This document shows positions 27,349 to 36,071 of a stretch of 46,982 nucleotides of DNA, one piece after another. The stretch lies in assembly GCA_027009115.1 (NCBI GenBank), contig JALVDI010000044.1, forward strand, positions 1 to 46,982, in the 5' to 3' direction. The notes below the pieces were generated by a model that saw only the letters and a program-made list of their open reading frames with translations, searched no databases and had not been told where the DNA came from. Both the position numbers and the translations under genes were made by a program. The stretch comes from Polyangiaceae bacterium. GTDB taxonomy: Bacteria; Myxococcota_A; Polyangia; Polyangiales; Houyiibacteriaceae. Numbering within the stretch: position 1 is the stretch's first letter; each line of letters opens with the position of its first letter.

Positions 27349-27409
27349 GGATCGCGATGGATCGCGGTCGCGCCCCTGCAGGATGGGCCGGGAAGCTCTC
27401 GAAGGTTTT
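27349..27409 (+). repeat. Dispersed intergenic repeat, copy B
   Basis: Invariant 16-mer at 27356-27371 in the hairpin GATCGCG-ATGGAT-CGCGGTC. Box GAAGCTCTCGAAGGTTTT at 27392-27409. Confidence 0.8.
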
Positions 27410-27453
27410 GAGGCGCCATGCGCGATGGGTAACGCATGCGGAGAGCCATCGGG

Positions 27454-28743
27454 CTACCGTTCCGGCAGCGGCAGCGCCGGTAAGTCGAGCGCCCTGGAAC
27501 GGACGAAGCCGCGCCGCACGCCGCTCAGGGTCTCGAGCATCGCCCGGTCGATCCACGGCACTGAAGCCGCCGCCGACAGGCCGAGATCCCGCACCCAGCC
27601 CAGAGCCACCCCATCGCTCTGGAAGAAGGGGGTCAGCCAGCGGTTGATGCGCTGGTAGAACCCCAAGTGAGCCCGGCGCGCGGCCTGGTAGCGCTCCAAG
27701 CCCTCGGCGAGATCGGTCCCTTCCTCCAAGGCCTCGGCGAGGGCCATCGCGTCGAGGAGCGCGAGGTTGCTCCCCTGACCGAGCTGCGGGCTCATGGCAT
27801 GGGCGGCGTCGCCGATGACAACCACGGGGACGCCGCGATCGAGCGCATACCACCGGCGCATCCGCACGTCGCGGTACGATGCGAAGAGCAGCTGCTCGGG
27901 CTCCTCGATCTGCGCGACGAGGGGCTCGGCGCGCGGCTCCATCCGACAGACCCAGTCGCGGAACAAGTGGAGGCCGACGAAGCGCAAACGGCGCTTGAGG
28001 ACAGGGACGCGCGAGCCACGCACACTCCAGAACAGGCTCGTCAGGTTGACGTCCCTGGCGGGCGCCTGACCGGTCGGGAGCAGCCCGAACATACGGCGGG
28101 TGCCGTCGACGAGCTGCAGCAGCTCGCGCTGGAAGAGCGCGGCCGGATCGGCGGCGACGAACCAGAGCGCACCCCACGGGTAGGGCACGTCGCGAGCCTC
28201 GGGGAAGAGCGCCGCGCGGAGCTCCGAACGCGCGCCGTCGGCGACGACGACGAGCTCGTGCGGCCCATGCAACCGGCCGCGGTCGTCCACGAGGCGCCGG
28301 CCGTCGAGGGCCACGACGCGGCAGCCGAGCACGACCTCGACGCCCGCAGGCTGCAGCGCGTCGAAGAGAGCCTGGAAGAGCACCCCCCGGTGGAGCCCGA
28401 GCCCGTAGAGGTCGCCGCGCAACCGGGCGTAGGCGAGCTCGAAGAGCGGACGGCCATCCCCGGTGCGGCACCGCAAGGCATCGATGACGGCCCCTCGAGC
28501 GAGCACCCTGGCGAGCGGTGCTTTCGACGCACCGTCCCCGCCGTCGCCCACTCCGGCGAGGGCACGCTCCAGGCGCGCGAGGACGAGCATCCCCGAGGGC
28601 TGCAGCAGGATCCCCGCGCCGACGGGCGCCGGGTCCGCGACGGCCTCGTAGACGGTGACGCGGTGCCCCAGGCGCGTGAGGAAAAGCGCCGCCGCCGAGC
28701 CAGCATAGCCCGCCCCTACGACCGCGACGTCCGCCGGCCCCAC
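27454..28743 (-). CDS. FAD-dependent monooxygenase (UbiH/aromatic-ring hydroxylase-like)
   Basis: GxGxxG (VVGAGYAGSAAA) and DAAHAMSPQLGQGSNLALLDA motif. The GTG start at 28743 abuts the stop of the upstream gene (TAG-GTG). Confidence 0.85.
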   Translation of the reverse strand: MGPADVAVVGAGYAGSAAALFLTRLGHRVTVYEAVADPAPVGAGILLQPSGMLVLARLERALAGVGDGGDGASKAPLARVLARGAVIDALRCRTGDGRPLFELAYARLRGDLYGLGLHRGVLFQALFDALQPAGVEVVLGCRVVALDGRRLVDDRGRLHGPHELVVVADGARSELRAALFPEARDVPYPWGALWFVAADPAALFQRELLQLVDGTRRMFGLLPTGQAPARDVNLTSLFWSVRGSRVPVLKRRLRFVGLHLFRDWVCRMEPRAEPLVAQIEEPEQLLFASYRDVRMRRWYALDRGVPVVVIGDAAHAMSPQLGQGSNLALLDAMALAEALEEGTDLAEGLERYQAARRAHLGFYQRINRWLTPFFQSDGVALGWVRDLGLSAAASVPWIDRAMLETLSGVRRGFVRSRALDLPALPLPER

Positions 28744-29517
28744 CTACCCCTCGTTCTCACCCAGCACGGCGTCCTCACCGAGCGCGGCCTCGACCTCGGC
28801 CATGGCCTCCTCCAGCGCGCGGGCCTCGAGGTCCTCGACTCGAGCCCGCACCGCCGGCCCTTCCAACGCGCGGAGCTCGCGGAACTCGTACTGGACGCGG
28901 CCATCCGGGGTGATCTCGGCACTCACTCGGGACCCGTCCGCGAGCGCCGTAAGAGTGGCGTCGGCGTCGTCCGAGCTCATCCCTAGCTCGCGGACGAGGT
29001 CGGTCACGGTGAGGACCCCGCCCTTCGCGGCGGCCAGCTCGAACACGCGCCGCTGGCGCCCATCGGCTTCGGCCTGGTCGGCGCCACGGCGAGCCCGCGA
29101 AGCGCCACGGAGGGCGAGGGCGCCGACCCCGACGCCGAGTCCACCGAGGACGGCCGCCGTCAGCAAGCCGGCGCCGCCCGCACCGAGGAGCGCCACCGCG
29201 CCCGCAGCCGCGAGCACGCCCCCGGCCACCGAGACGATGCCCAGCAGCCGCAGCCCCACCGAAGCGCCGCGGGCCAGGGCCGCGCGATCCCCGCCCGCGG
29301 CACCCTCGAAAACCGTGGTGCCCGGCTTCTTCTCGCGCGGCCGGCCGCAGGCGACGCAGACGTAACCGCCGTCACCGGGCCGGATCGCCGCCAATCCGTG
29401 GCAATGGGGGCAGCGGTTGTCCTCGCCCCACACAGCGCCGCACGCCACGCAGCGATCCACCCCCGGCACCAACGCCGTGTCGCAGACAGAGCAAGTCGTG
29501 GGCGCGGACTCAGTCAC
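28744..29517 (-). CDS. Zinc-ribbon / TM / C-terminal helical-domain protein
   Basis: Three CxxC pairs in the first 60 aa, then Gly/Ala-rich TM segments and a soluble C-terminal domain. Contiguous with the monooxygenase gene. Confidence 0.65.
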   Translation of the reverse strand: MTESAPTTCSVCDTALVPGVDRCVACGAVWGEDNRCPHCHGLAAIRPGDGGYVCVACGRPREKKPGTTVFEGAAGGDRAALARGASVGLRLLGIVSVAGGVLAAAGAVALLGAGGAGLLTAAVLGGLGVGVGALALRGASRARRGADQAEADGRQRRVFELAAAKGGVLTVTDLVRELGMSSDDADATLTALADGSRVSAEITPDGRVQYEFRELRALEGPAVRARVEDLEARALEEAMAEVEAALGEDAVLGENEG

Positions 29518-29541
29518 GTCTTCGCACGCAGCGATCTCAGC

Positions 29542-29946
29542 TCAGCTCTCGCCGAGGAGCTGGTTCATGGAGGCCTCGTCGGCGGGCGTGAACGGGTAGC
29601 GATCGAATTCTTCGCTCGTCACCCAGCGGTAGTCCTGCACGGCGCAGCACTCCAGCTCTTCGCTTCCGAGCTCGCACTGATAGAGGTAGAGGTCAACGGT
29701 GTAGCGCTCGTAGGGATGGGAGACGAAAGAGATCAGCTCGCCGACCTCGACGCTCGCCCCCAGCCGCTCCTGCATCTCCCGGCGGAGCGCCTCCCCATCG
29801 GTCTCGCGCTCTTCCACCCGACCGCCCGGGAATTCCCATAGATGCGGCAGCACCGCGTTGGCGCGCCGTTGCGTGATCAGGTAGCGCCCGTCTCGCTCGA
29901 CGACGGCGGCCACGACTCGGATGGTCTTCCGCGGCTCCTCGGACAC
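29542..29946 (-). CDS. NUDIX hydrolase (MutT-like)
   Basis: Nudix box GGRVEERETDGEALRREMQERLG. The only plausible start is the GTG at 29946; the long Arg-rich N-terminal extension in the ORF track was rejected. Confidence 0.85.
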   Translation of the reverse strand: MSEEPRKTIRVVAAVVERDGRYLITQRRANAVLPHLWEFPGGRVEERETDGEALRREMQERLGASVEVGELISFVSHPYERYTVDLYLYQCELGSEELECCAVQDYRWVTSEEFDRYPFTPADEASMNQLLGES

Positions 29947-29987
29947 AGTGAGAGGGTATACAACGTCGAGCGGCTCCGGTGCCAGCG

Positions 29988-30854
29988 ATGCGCATCCTCT
30001 ACTTCGGTATTCCTCTCGGGGCGCTCGCCCTCGCCCGCGCGGGCTTCCCACCGGCGGCGGCGGTCGTGGGCCCTCTCGACCTGCCCGGCCGTCGCCGGCT
30101 GAGGCGCACCCTCCCACGCGCGCTTCTGCTCGGGCTGCCAAACCTCGACGTCCCCGAGGTCCAGGCCACCCTGCGATCCACCGAGCCCGATCTGGTGCTG
30201 AGCTTCTTCTGGCCTCGGCGCATCCCCGCCGAGGTCCTCGGCTGGGCACCCGCCCTCGGCACACACCCGAGCCTGCTGCCGCGCTGGCGTGGGCCCGACC
30301 CTTACTACTGGGCCATCGCCGCCGGGGACACCAAGACCGGCGTCACGCTCCACCGCCTCGGATCGGAGTACGACACGGGCCCGATCGTCGCGCAGACCTC
30401 CGTCGCCATCGAGCCCGACGACGACGCCTGGAGCCTCGCCAAGCGACTGGACCGCCCCGCCTTGGCGCTGTTGATCGACGCGGCGCGGCGCCGCGCGCAG
30501 GGCGACCCGCTGCTCGGAACACCCCAGGATCCGGCGGGCGTCACCTGGGCGCCGGTGCCCCGGGCCGAGGACTTGGCCATCGACTGGCGCCAGCCCGCCG
30601 AGACCATCGCGCGCCGGGTCCGGGCCGCGGCGCCGCGGCCGGGAGCCACCGCACAGCTCGGAGGCGCCGTCGTGCGGGTGCTGCGGGTCGCCCTCGCCCG
30701 CGAGACGCCCCCACCGGGGCTGATGCCCGCGGAGGCCTGGCGCGGCGCCGAGGGTTGGTGCGTGCGCTGCGGCGCCGGCGCTTTGCGACTGCTCGACGTG
30801 CGTGACGACGACGACCGCCCCCTCGACCCTTCGGCTCAGTTGGCGGGGTATTGA
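29988..30854 (+). CDS. Formyltransferase (Fmt / ArnA N-domain-like)
   Basis: MRILYFG N-terminus and HPSLLPRWRGPDP motif, with a C-terminal Fmt-like domain. ATG at 29988 (alternative GTG 29979). The 3' end overlaps the convergent gene 30836-31156 by 19 nt. Confidence 0.8.
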   Translation: MRILYFGIPLGALALARAGFPPAAAVVGPLDLPGRRRLRRTLPRALLLGLPNLDVPEVQATLRSTEPDLVLSFFWPRRIPAEVLGWAPALGTHPSLLPRWRGPDPYYWAIAAGDTKTGVTLHRLGSEYDTGPIVAQTSVAIEPDDDAWSLAKRLDRPALALLIDAARRRAQGDPLLGTPQDPAGVTWAPVPRAEDLAIDWRQPAETIARRVRAAAPRPGATAQLGGAVVRVLRVALARETPPPGLMPAEAWRGAEGWCVRCGAGALRLLDVRDDDDRPLDPSAQLAGY

Positions 30855-31156
30855 CGGACGACGTCTCGCATCGGGCGCTCGATCGCGACGACGGGGCTGG
30901 TCACGAGGTCGCGGCCGTTCGCCGAAAAGAAGAGCGACTCGCCGACGCCGGGCTCCCCGTCGTTCGGGCGAACGGCACCGGAGTCGAAGAAACGTAGACC
31001 GCCGGAGACGCGGCTGCGGAGCGCGAGGTGTCCGCGGACCCAGGCCCCGGTGCGGCGGTCCCGGACGCCGACGCAGACGTTGCGGCGGACGTGATACTCC
31101 GTGTTGCGCGTGACATAGACCCGGTGGATGCGGCGGTCGGTACCAACGTAGGCCAT
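30836..31156 (-). CDS. Small conserved-looking hypothetical protein (weak PilZ-like RxxxR)
   Basis: GGAGG lies 4 nt upstream of the ATG. Coding-type codon bias. DRRIHR is present, but only a partial xSxxG (FSANG). Confidence 0.6.
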   Translation of the reverse strand: MAYVGTDRRIHRVYVTRNTEYHVRRNVCVGVRDRRTGAWVRGHLALRSRVSGGLRFFDSGAVRPNDGEPGVGESLFFSANGRDLVTSPVVAIERPMRDVVRQYPAN

Positions 31157-31198
31157 CGTTCCTCCTCGGGCCCTGGGGCCCAGACCCGTTGAACCTAC

Positions 31199-32251
31199 AT
31201 GTCGGACTTAATCCCACCAAAAAACGCGCAGAGCACCGGGCCCTTCGTGGCGGCGCTGCGCCCCGACAACTTCACGGCGGCTCAGCGCACGCCGTGGGGC
31301 GGCCGCCGAATCGTCGAGGAGCTCAAGGCAGGCCTCGGCCTCGTGCAGGCCGGGCCCGTCGGCGAGTCTTGGGAGATCAGCGTCAGCGAACTGCCGAGCG
31401 TCACCCGGGAGGACGGCACACCCCTGCCGACCCTGCTGGCCGCAGACCCGGACCACTGGCTCGGGCCCACCGAAGCGCCCCTGGGCGCCACGCGGCTGCT
31501 CGTCAAGCTGCTCGACGCCGCCGAGCCCCTCTCGGTGCAGATCCACCCCGCGGACGACGACCCGGCCCTCGGACCCGACGAAGGGGGCAAGCCCGAGGCC
31601 TGGTACGTGCTCCACGCCGAGGACGGCGCGGGGATCTTCCTGGGGCTGCGGGTGGGGGTCACCGAGCGGGACGTCACGCGGTGTCTGGACGAAGGCGGGG
31701 ACGTTTCGGCGCTGCTCCGCTTCGTCGAGGTCGAGCCCGGCGACTTCTTCGCCATCGACCCGGGGACACCCCACGCAGTCGGCGCCGGCCTGACGCTCCT
31801 CGAACCGCAACGGGTGATCCCTGGCCGCCGAGGAGTCACCTACCGCTACTGGGACTGGAACCGGCGCTACGATGCGGAGGGACGCCCCGCGCCCGATGGG
31901 GTCCTCCGACCGCTGCACCGTGAGCGGGCCCTGGCCGTGACCGACTGGGGCCGCGATTGGGAGCGCTGGCTCGGGCGCGCGCGGCGGCGGCTCGGTGTCC
32001 CGCAGAGGGACGTACCCGCGACCCTCGAACCTATCGTCGAGGGCACGCTCGGCGCGTCGCGGTGGACCGGCACCGGCTCGGCGAGCTTGCCGCCAGGCGG
32101 ACGGCTCCGCGGCATCACCGTGGTCCAGGGCGAGCTCGAGCTCGATGGCGTGCACCTGCGGCAGGGCGAGAGCGCGGTGGTGGCGGCCGCAGCGCCCGCC
32201 CTGCCTGCTCGGCTGCGGCGCGCGCACGCCCTCATCAGCTGGATCCCCTGA
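31199..32251 (+). CDS. Class I mannose-6-phosphate isomerase-like cupin
   Basis: TPWGG near the N-terminus. LSVQIHP...GKPEAWYV metal-site motifs. PGTPHAVG. Confidence 0.75.
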   Translation: MSDLIPPKNAQSTGPFVAALRPDNFTAAQRTPWGGRRIVEELKAGLGLVQAGPVGESWEISVSELPSVTREDGTPLPTLLAADPDHWLGPTEAPLGATRLLVKLLDAAEPLSVQIHPADDDPALGPDEGGKPEAWYVLHAEDGAGIFLGLRVGVTERDVTRCLDEGGDVSALLRFVEVEPGDFFAIDPGTPHAVGAGLTLLEPQRVIPGRRGVTYRYWDWNRRYDAEGRPAPDGVLRPLHRERALAVTDWGRDWERWLGRARRRLGVPQRDVPATLEPIVEGTLGASRWTGTGSASLPPGGRLRGITVVQGELELDGVHLRQGESAVVAAAAPALPARLRRAHALISWIP

Positions 32252-32298
32252 GGGGCGCCCTTGACCGATGCGTCGCTCTGGACAAGGGTCCCGAGCGC

Positions 32299-33018
32299 AT
32301 GGCCAGCCGCCCCCAGCCGCGCGTCTCCATCATCATCCCCGTCTACAACGAGGAGGCGATCCTTCAATCCGCCGTCGTCGATCTCATCGACCGGCTTCAA
32401 GAGTTCGACTGGCCCTACGAGCTGATCCTCGCCGAGAACGGGTCGAGCGATCGGACCGTCGAGATCGCCGAGCAGCTGAGCGAGCGCTTCGGCCAGGTGG
32501 TCGTCCGTAGCCTCGGCGAGCCGAATTACGGCAAGGCGCTCAAGGAAGGCATCCTGGCGGCGAACGGCGAGTTCGTTCTCTGCGACGAGATCGACCTCTG
32601 CGACACGGACTTCTACCGGCGCGCCCTGGCGCTGCTCGAAGCCAACGAGGCGGAGCTGGTGGTCGGCTCCAAGGTGATGGCGGGCGCGAGCGACGAGCGG
32701 CCCATCTTGCGGCACACCGCCACCATCATTCTCAACGGGATGCTCCGCGTGGCGGTGGGCTTCAAAGGCACCGACACGCACGGCCTCAAGGCCTTCCGGC
32801 GCGCTCCCCTCGTGGACATCGCCCGCCAATGCCTGGTCGACAAGGACCTCTTCGCCAGCGAGTTCGTCATCCGCGCCGAGCGCGCTGGGATCCGCATCAA
32901 GGAGATCCCCATCCGCGTCCTGGAGAAGCGCCCACCCTCGGTGCACCTCTTTCGGCGGGTCCCCAACGTCCTCAAGAACATGGCCAAACTCTTCGTCGCC
33001 ATCCGCGTCAAGGGCTGA
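32299..33018 (+). CDS. Family 2 glycosyltransferase (polyprenol-phosphate sugar synthase-like: Ppm1/DPM1/ArnC type)
   Basis: [11 protein letters not shown] ... AENGSSDRT ... DEIDL (DxD). ~239 aa. ATG at 32299. Confidence 0.85.
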   Translation: MASRPQPRVSIIIPVYNEEAILQSAVVDLIDRLQEFDWPYELILAENGSSDRTVEIAEQLSERFGQVVVRSLGEPNYGKALKEGILAANGEFVLCDEIDLCDTDFYRRALALLEANEAELVVGSKVMAGASDERPILRHTATIILNGMLRVAVGFKGTDTHGLKAFRRAPLVDIARQCLVDKDLFASEFVIRAERAGIRIKEIPIRVLEKRPPSVHLFRRVPNVLKNMAKLFVAIRVKG

Positions 33019-33021
33019 CCG

Positions 33022-33960
33022 GTGGCGGGCGATCGGCTCGCGGCGATCTCGGTCGATCTCGACGAGGTCGACTGCTACACGGCCATCCACGGCCTGCCGC
33101 CCCTTGAAGGCGACGCCGCCCACGCCATCTATCGGCGGGCGCTGCCGCGACTGAAGGCGCTCTTCGAAGAGCTCGGCGTCCCTGCCACGTTCTTCGTCAT
33201 CGGCCGCGACGCCACGACGGACAACGCTCCGACGTTGCGCGCCTTGCATGAGACCGGCCACGAGCTCGCCAACCACTCCCTCAACCACCGTTACGACCTC
33301 TCGCGCCGCGATCCGGACACGATGCGACGCGAGGTCGAAGGGGGCGCGGAACGCATCGCGCGAGCTGCCGGCGTGCGACCCGTCGGGTTCCGCGCCCCCG
33401 GATACACGATCAACGACACCCTCTTCGACGTCCTCGAGGACCTCGGCGTCGGCTACGACTCGAGCGTCTTCCCATGCCCCCCCTACTACGCTGCCAAGGC
33501 CGCGGCGATCGCCACGTACGGCGCGCGCGCCCGGCTGGGGCGAGGGCGAGAGAGCGCGAGCGTCCTCGACCACCCACGCGTCCTCACGGCGCCCGCCGAC
33601 CCCTACCGGCGCGGCCGTCCCTTCTCGAACCCCGGGCGAGGGCTGCGCGAGTTACCCATCGGCGTCACCCGCGGGCTGCGTCTCCCCTACATCGGCACCT
33701 CCGTGGTGCTCGCCGGGGAACGCGGCGCCGACCTGCTGACGCGGCAAATCGTTGGGCGACCGCTGGTCAACCTCGAGCTCCACGGCATCGACCTGGCGGA
33801 CGCGGAGCTCGACGGCCTCGTCTCGCTCCGTCCCTACCAGCCCGATCTGCGCAAGAGCGCCGCCTTCAAGGAGCGCAGCTTGCGGGCCGCCATCGGGCGC
33901 CTCCGCGCCTCGGGCTATCGCTTCGTGACCCTCGCGCAGGCCGCCGAGGCGCTTCTATGA
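33022..33960 (+). CDS. Polysaccharide deacetylase (NodB homology) family protein
   Basis: SVDLDE ... ATFFVIG ... HELANHSLNH ... GFRAPGY motifs. The GTG start lies 3 nt after the GT2 stop. Confidence 0.8.
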   Translation: MAGDRLAAISVDLDEVDCYTAIHGLPPLEGDAAHAIYRRALPRLKALFEELGVPATFFVIGRDATTDNAPTLRALHETGHELANHSLNHRYDLSRRDPDTMRREVEGGAERIARAAGVRPVGFRAPGYTINDTLFDVLEDLGVGYDSSVFPCPPYYAAKAAAIATYGARARLGRGRESASVLDHPRVLTAPADPYRRGRPFSNPGRGLRELPIGVTRGLRLPYIGTSVVLAGERGADLLTRQIVGRPLVNLELHGIDLADAELDGLVSLRPYQPDLRKSAAFKERSLRAAIGRLRASGYRFVTLAQAAEALL

Positions 33961-34946
33961 AGACCGCCTTCGTGACCGGCGGCAGCGGGTACGTCGGACG
34001 GAACCTGCTGCGGCGCCTGGCGGAGGAAGGTGTCGTCACGCGAGCGCTCGCGCGCTCGGAGCAGGCCGCCGCGACGGTCGAAGCGCTCGGTGCGCAGCCG
34101 CTGCGAGGCTCTCTCTCGGAGGCCGACGCCCTACGGCGCGGCGCCGAAGGATGCGAGGTGGTCTTCCACTGCGCCGCCAAGGTCGACGAGTGGGGGCCGA
34201 GCACGGAGTACGACGAGATCAACGTCGAGGGCACGCGCCGCGTCGTCGAGGCCGCGGCCCTCGCTGGCGCGAAACGGTTGGTCCACGTCAGCACCGAGGC
34301 GGTCCTCGCCGGCGGCCCGCCGCTGATCGGAGTGGACGAACGCACGCCGCTGCCGCCCAAACCCGCCGGCGACTACGCGCGCACGAAGGGCCTCGCGGAG
34401 GCCATCGTCCGCGAAGCCCAGGTCCCGTCGGTCATCGTGCGACCGCGCTTCGTGTGGGGAGGGGACGACACGACCCTCATCCCAACCTTCGCTCGGGCCG
34501 CGCGCGAAGGCCGCTTCGCGTGGATCGGCGACGGGATGCACCTGACGAGCACTTGCCACGTGCGCAACCTGAGCGAAGCCCTATGGCTCGCCGGCACCCA
34601 CCCGGACGCCCAGGGCGTCTACTTCGTCACCGATGGGGAGCCTGTCCCGCTCCGACCTTTCCTGACGGCGATGATGGCCACCGCAGGAGTCACCTTGCCC
34701 TCCCGCACGCTCCCGCACGCCCTCGCCGTCGTCGTCGCAGCGGTCGGCGAGCCCCTGTGGCGCGCTCTGCCCCTTCCCGGCAAACCGCCGCTGACGCGCC
34801 TCGCGCTGATCCTCGTCGGTCAGGAGGTGACCATCGACGATCGGCGCATCCGCGAGGAGCTCGGTTTTCGAAACGTCGTCGAACGCGAGGAAGGTCTGGC
34901 GCGCCTCGCCGCCATCCAAGCCGAGCTGAGCCGACACCTCGCGTAG
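33957..34946 (+). CDS. NAD-dependent epimerase/dehydratase (extended SDR)
   Basis: TGGSGYVGRNL Rossmann motif and YARTK (YxxxK). The ATG overlaps the deacetylase stop (ATGA). Confidence 0.88.
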   Translation: MKTAFVTGGSGYVGRNLLRRLAEEGVVTRALARSEQAAATVEALGAQPLRGSLSEADALRRGAEGCEVVFHCAAKVDEWGPSTEYDEINVEGTRRVVEAAALAGAKRLVHVSTEAVLAGGPPLIGVDERTPLPPKPAGDYARTKGLAEAIVREAQVPSVIVRPRFVWGGDDTTLIPTFARAAREGRFAWIGDGMHLTSTCHVRNLSEALWLAGTHPDAQGVYFVTDGEPVPLRPFLTAMMATAGVTLPSRTLPHALAVVVAAVGEPLWRALPLPGKPPLTRLALILVGQEVTIDDRRIREELGFRNVVEREEGLARLAAIQAELSRHLA

Positions 34947-34966
34947 CCATGCTATAGGGGCCCTCC

Positions 34967-36064
34967 GTGTCCGAGCCACGCATCGCCGAGCGCGACATCG
35001 AGGCGGCCAGCCGCGCCACTGCCGGCGCCTCACCTCAGATGTGCGCGCTCGCCCTCGACATCCTCTCGCGTCAGGGAGAGGCCCAACTCCTGTTCGCGGG
35101 CAAGGACTACGTGCGCACCCGAGCCAAGGAACACGCCGTCGCGGAGGACGCCCAGATCGCCGGCATGGACCTGCTCGCGGTGCTCGAGCGCGGACCTTCC
35201 ACCGCCAAGGAGCACGCCGTCGTCGCCGCCCTCGCCGTCCGCGGGCTCAGGGCGCACCTCGACGACGAGGACCGACTGGCGCGCTTCGTGCGCCACGCCG
35301 ACTGGCTGACCTTCGCGACACCCTACGCGATCTATGCTTTCGTCGAACCGATCCTCGGGGACGAGGCCCAGGCCGTCTGGCGGCAAGTCGCCCAGGCGCC
35401 CGTCCCACCCGGCCCGCGAGGGGCGGCGATCGCGGCCCTGCGGCGGGCGGTCCTCCCCGGAGCCTTCGCCCCGGACGACGAGACCGGCAGCTCCGACCTA
35501 CGCCTGAGCGGTCGGCTGGGGACGATCCCTCCGGGTGGGCTCCGCGGTGCGCTGCGCCTGCTGAGTGGGTGGGCCCTCCTTCAATGGCTCGGGCGCCTCC
35601 TCGCCTGGACCGTCGGCGCACGGCGAGAAGGCGAGCTCGCCATCGACCGCGGCGCCCTCCGCTTCGCCGGCCGCACGACGCTCCTGGGGCGGGTCGTCCG
35701 CGAACGCGTCGAGCGCTTCTCCCCTGCAGCGCTCGCGTCCGCGGGGCGCACGACCCGCTACCCGGCGCTGCCCCTCCTGGCCGGTGCGCTGGCCTTCGCC
35801 TTGGGCGTCCTCGCCGGTGCGGTCTTCCTCTTCGAGGGGCTTTGGTCCGGCGAGACCGTGTTGCTGGTCGTGGGCGCCGGCCTCGTCCTGGCCGGGGCCG
35901 GGCTCGACCTCGCCCTCGCGGTGCTCACCCCCGCGAGCCGGCACCAGGTGAGCGTCGAGGTCGCCCTCCTTCCGCGACGCAGGATCCGTCTGGTGGGCGT
36001 CGACGAAGAACGGACCGTCGTCTTCCTGGAAGCCCTCGAGCGTTGGCTCCGCCCAGCCCGCTGA
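34967..36064 (+). CDS. Hypothetical protein with soluble N-domain and C-terminal TM segments
   Basis: GTG start 20 nt after the SDR stop. Good G/C third-position bias. Hydrophobic segments fall near aa 195-215 and 270-330. No family recognised. Confidence 0.6.
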   Translation: MSEPRIAERDIEAASRATAGASPQMCALALDILSRQGEAQLLFAGKDYVRTRAKEHAVAEDAQIAGMDLLAVLERGPSTAKEHAVVAALAVRGLRAHLDDEDRLARFVRHADWLTFATPYAIYAFVEPILGDEAQAVWRQVAQAPVPPGPRGAAIAALRRAVLPGAFAPDDETGSSDLRLSGRLGTIPPGGLRGALRLLSGWALLQWLGRLLAWTVGARREGELAIDRGALRFAGRTTLLGRVVRERVERFSPAALASAGRTTRYPALPLLAGALAFALGVLAGAVFLFEGLWSGETVLLVVGAGLVLAGAGLDLALAVLTPASRHQVSVEVALLPRRRIRLVGVDEERTVVFLEALERWLRPAR

Positions 36065-36071
36065 GCCGAAC

